From: Azolla caroliniana
Taxonomy: Eukaryota; Plantae; Polypodiophyta
Reading direction: 5' to 3'
Length of the DNA: 64,000 nucleotides
Assembly (NCBI GenBank): GCA_043228905.1
Contig: JBHGNT010000012.1
Coordinates: forward strand, 7,068,001 to 7,132,000
Part shown: piece after piece, positions 63,501-64,000 of the stretch
Numbering within the stretch: the stretch's first letter is position 1
Layout: each line of letters starts with the position of its first letter
Position numbers and translations under genes: made by a program
Notes under the pieces: generated by a model
What the model was told of the DNA's origin: nothing
Seen by the model: only the letters and a program-made list of their open reading frames with translations
The model's database searches: none

Positions 63501-64000
63501 AAGCTAGATACAATATATGTACAGACTTCCACGCCAGCTTTACATATACGGAAGAAATACTTGAAACAAAATATTTGAGCTGGTGATACAAATATGAAAC
63601 AGTGTGTGCTCATACCTTTCCTATTAATCGGTCATAGTCCACAGAGTAAGCATACAAGCAATTATCATTTGAACCAACATATATAATCTGCATAAAGAAC
63701 CAAACAGAGTGCAATTAATGAGGTGGAAATTCTGGATTAGAACGTCTGCCATTAGAGTTGGCATAGAATTGCCAATATAAGCAAGATCAAAAAAATCAAA
63801 ATTGTACTGGATATTTGTCATAGCTTCCAGCCAGAGCCAAACATGATAAAGGCAAGGTGCCTAGTTTTGTCGCTCGAACTTGACAATTTTCTTGCACAGA
63901 GAAAACCTATGAAATTGCCACATGCTTAGGCACATAAGAGGACCCAAAAATAAATATGTAGGCAAGCAATGCTTATTTACCTTGACATATCCATCCTGCC
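60542..64000 (-). CDS. 3' part of a WD40-repeat gene resembling FAN/NSMAF (BEACH-WD40); 5' part lies beyond the window
   Basis: Phase-consistent GT-AG exons >64000-63981, 63906-63808, 63687-63616, 62891-62729, 62653-62555, 62357-62206, 61279-61188 and 60737-60542: QDGYVKVFS...LPLSCLAL...GSNDNCLYAYSVDY...HEDTVTCV...ASLDSTIKVW...SGDQDGSIFAWD...HTEAINCI...ASDDGSIHLY. Confidence 0.85.
61463..61908. repeat. Two-copy ~220-bp tandem duplication in an intron
   Basis: GCATTTGGGAC.GATACCCAGCACGTG...GCTATAGCGAAAGAG twice, with few mismatches. Confidence 0.92.

Overview
Eukaryotic plant genomic DNA, probably a non-seed plant such as a fern (inferred from the TE lineages and the FAN-like gene). Most of the window is nested transposable elements around three intron-containing host genes: CacyBP/SIP (18279-20946 +), a DOXC 2OG-Fe(II) dioxygenase (45742-48052 +) and the 3' WD40 end of a FAN/NSMAF-like gene (60542->64000 -). 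The LTR elements are two nested Tcn1/Tf1-like Ty3 5' ends, several Ty1/copia pieces, fungal-type Ylt1-like Ty3 elements with 4-bp TSDs, and four solo LTRs. One full-length copia (25822-41400) hosts a young non-chromovirus Ty3 element (29569-39414) with a large extra ORF. There are also hAT, Tc1/pogo and Mutator MITEs, a Pack-MULE with three captured gene fragments, and LINE fragments. The most striking pattern is six tRNA-like A-box/B-box cassettes (43-45 nt spacing) in the U3 of five LTRs from two different Ty3 lineages, always antisense to the element. Other highlights are Tf1-type self-priming complementarity, heat-shock elements in LTRs, and a conserved non-purine motif replacing the PPT. 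All calls were read by eye and no database searches were run.
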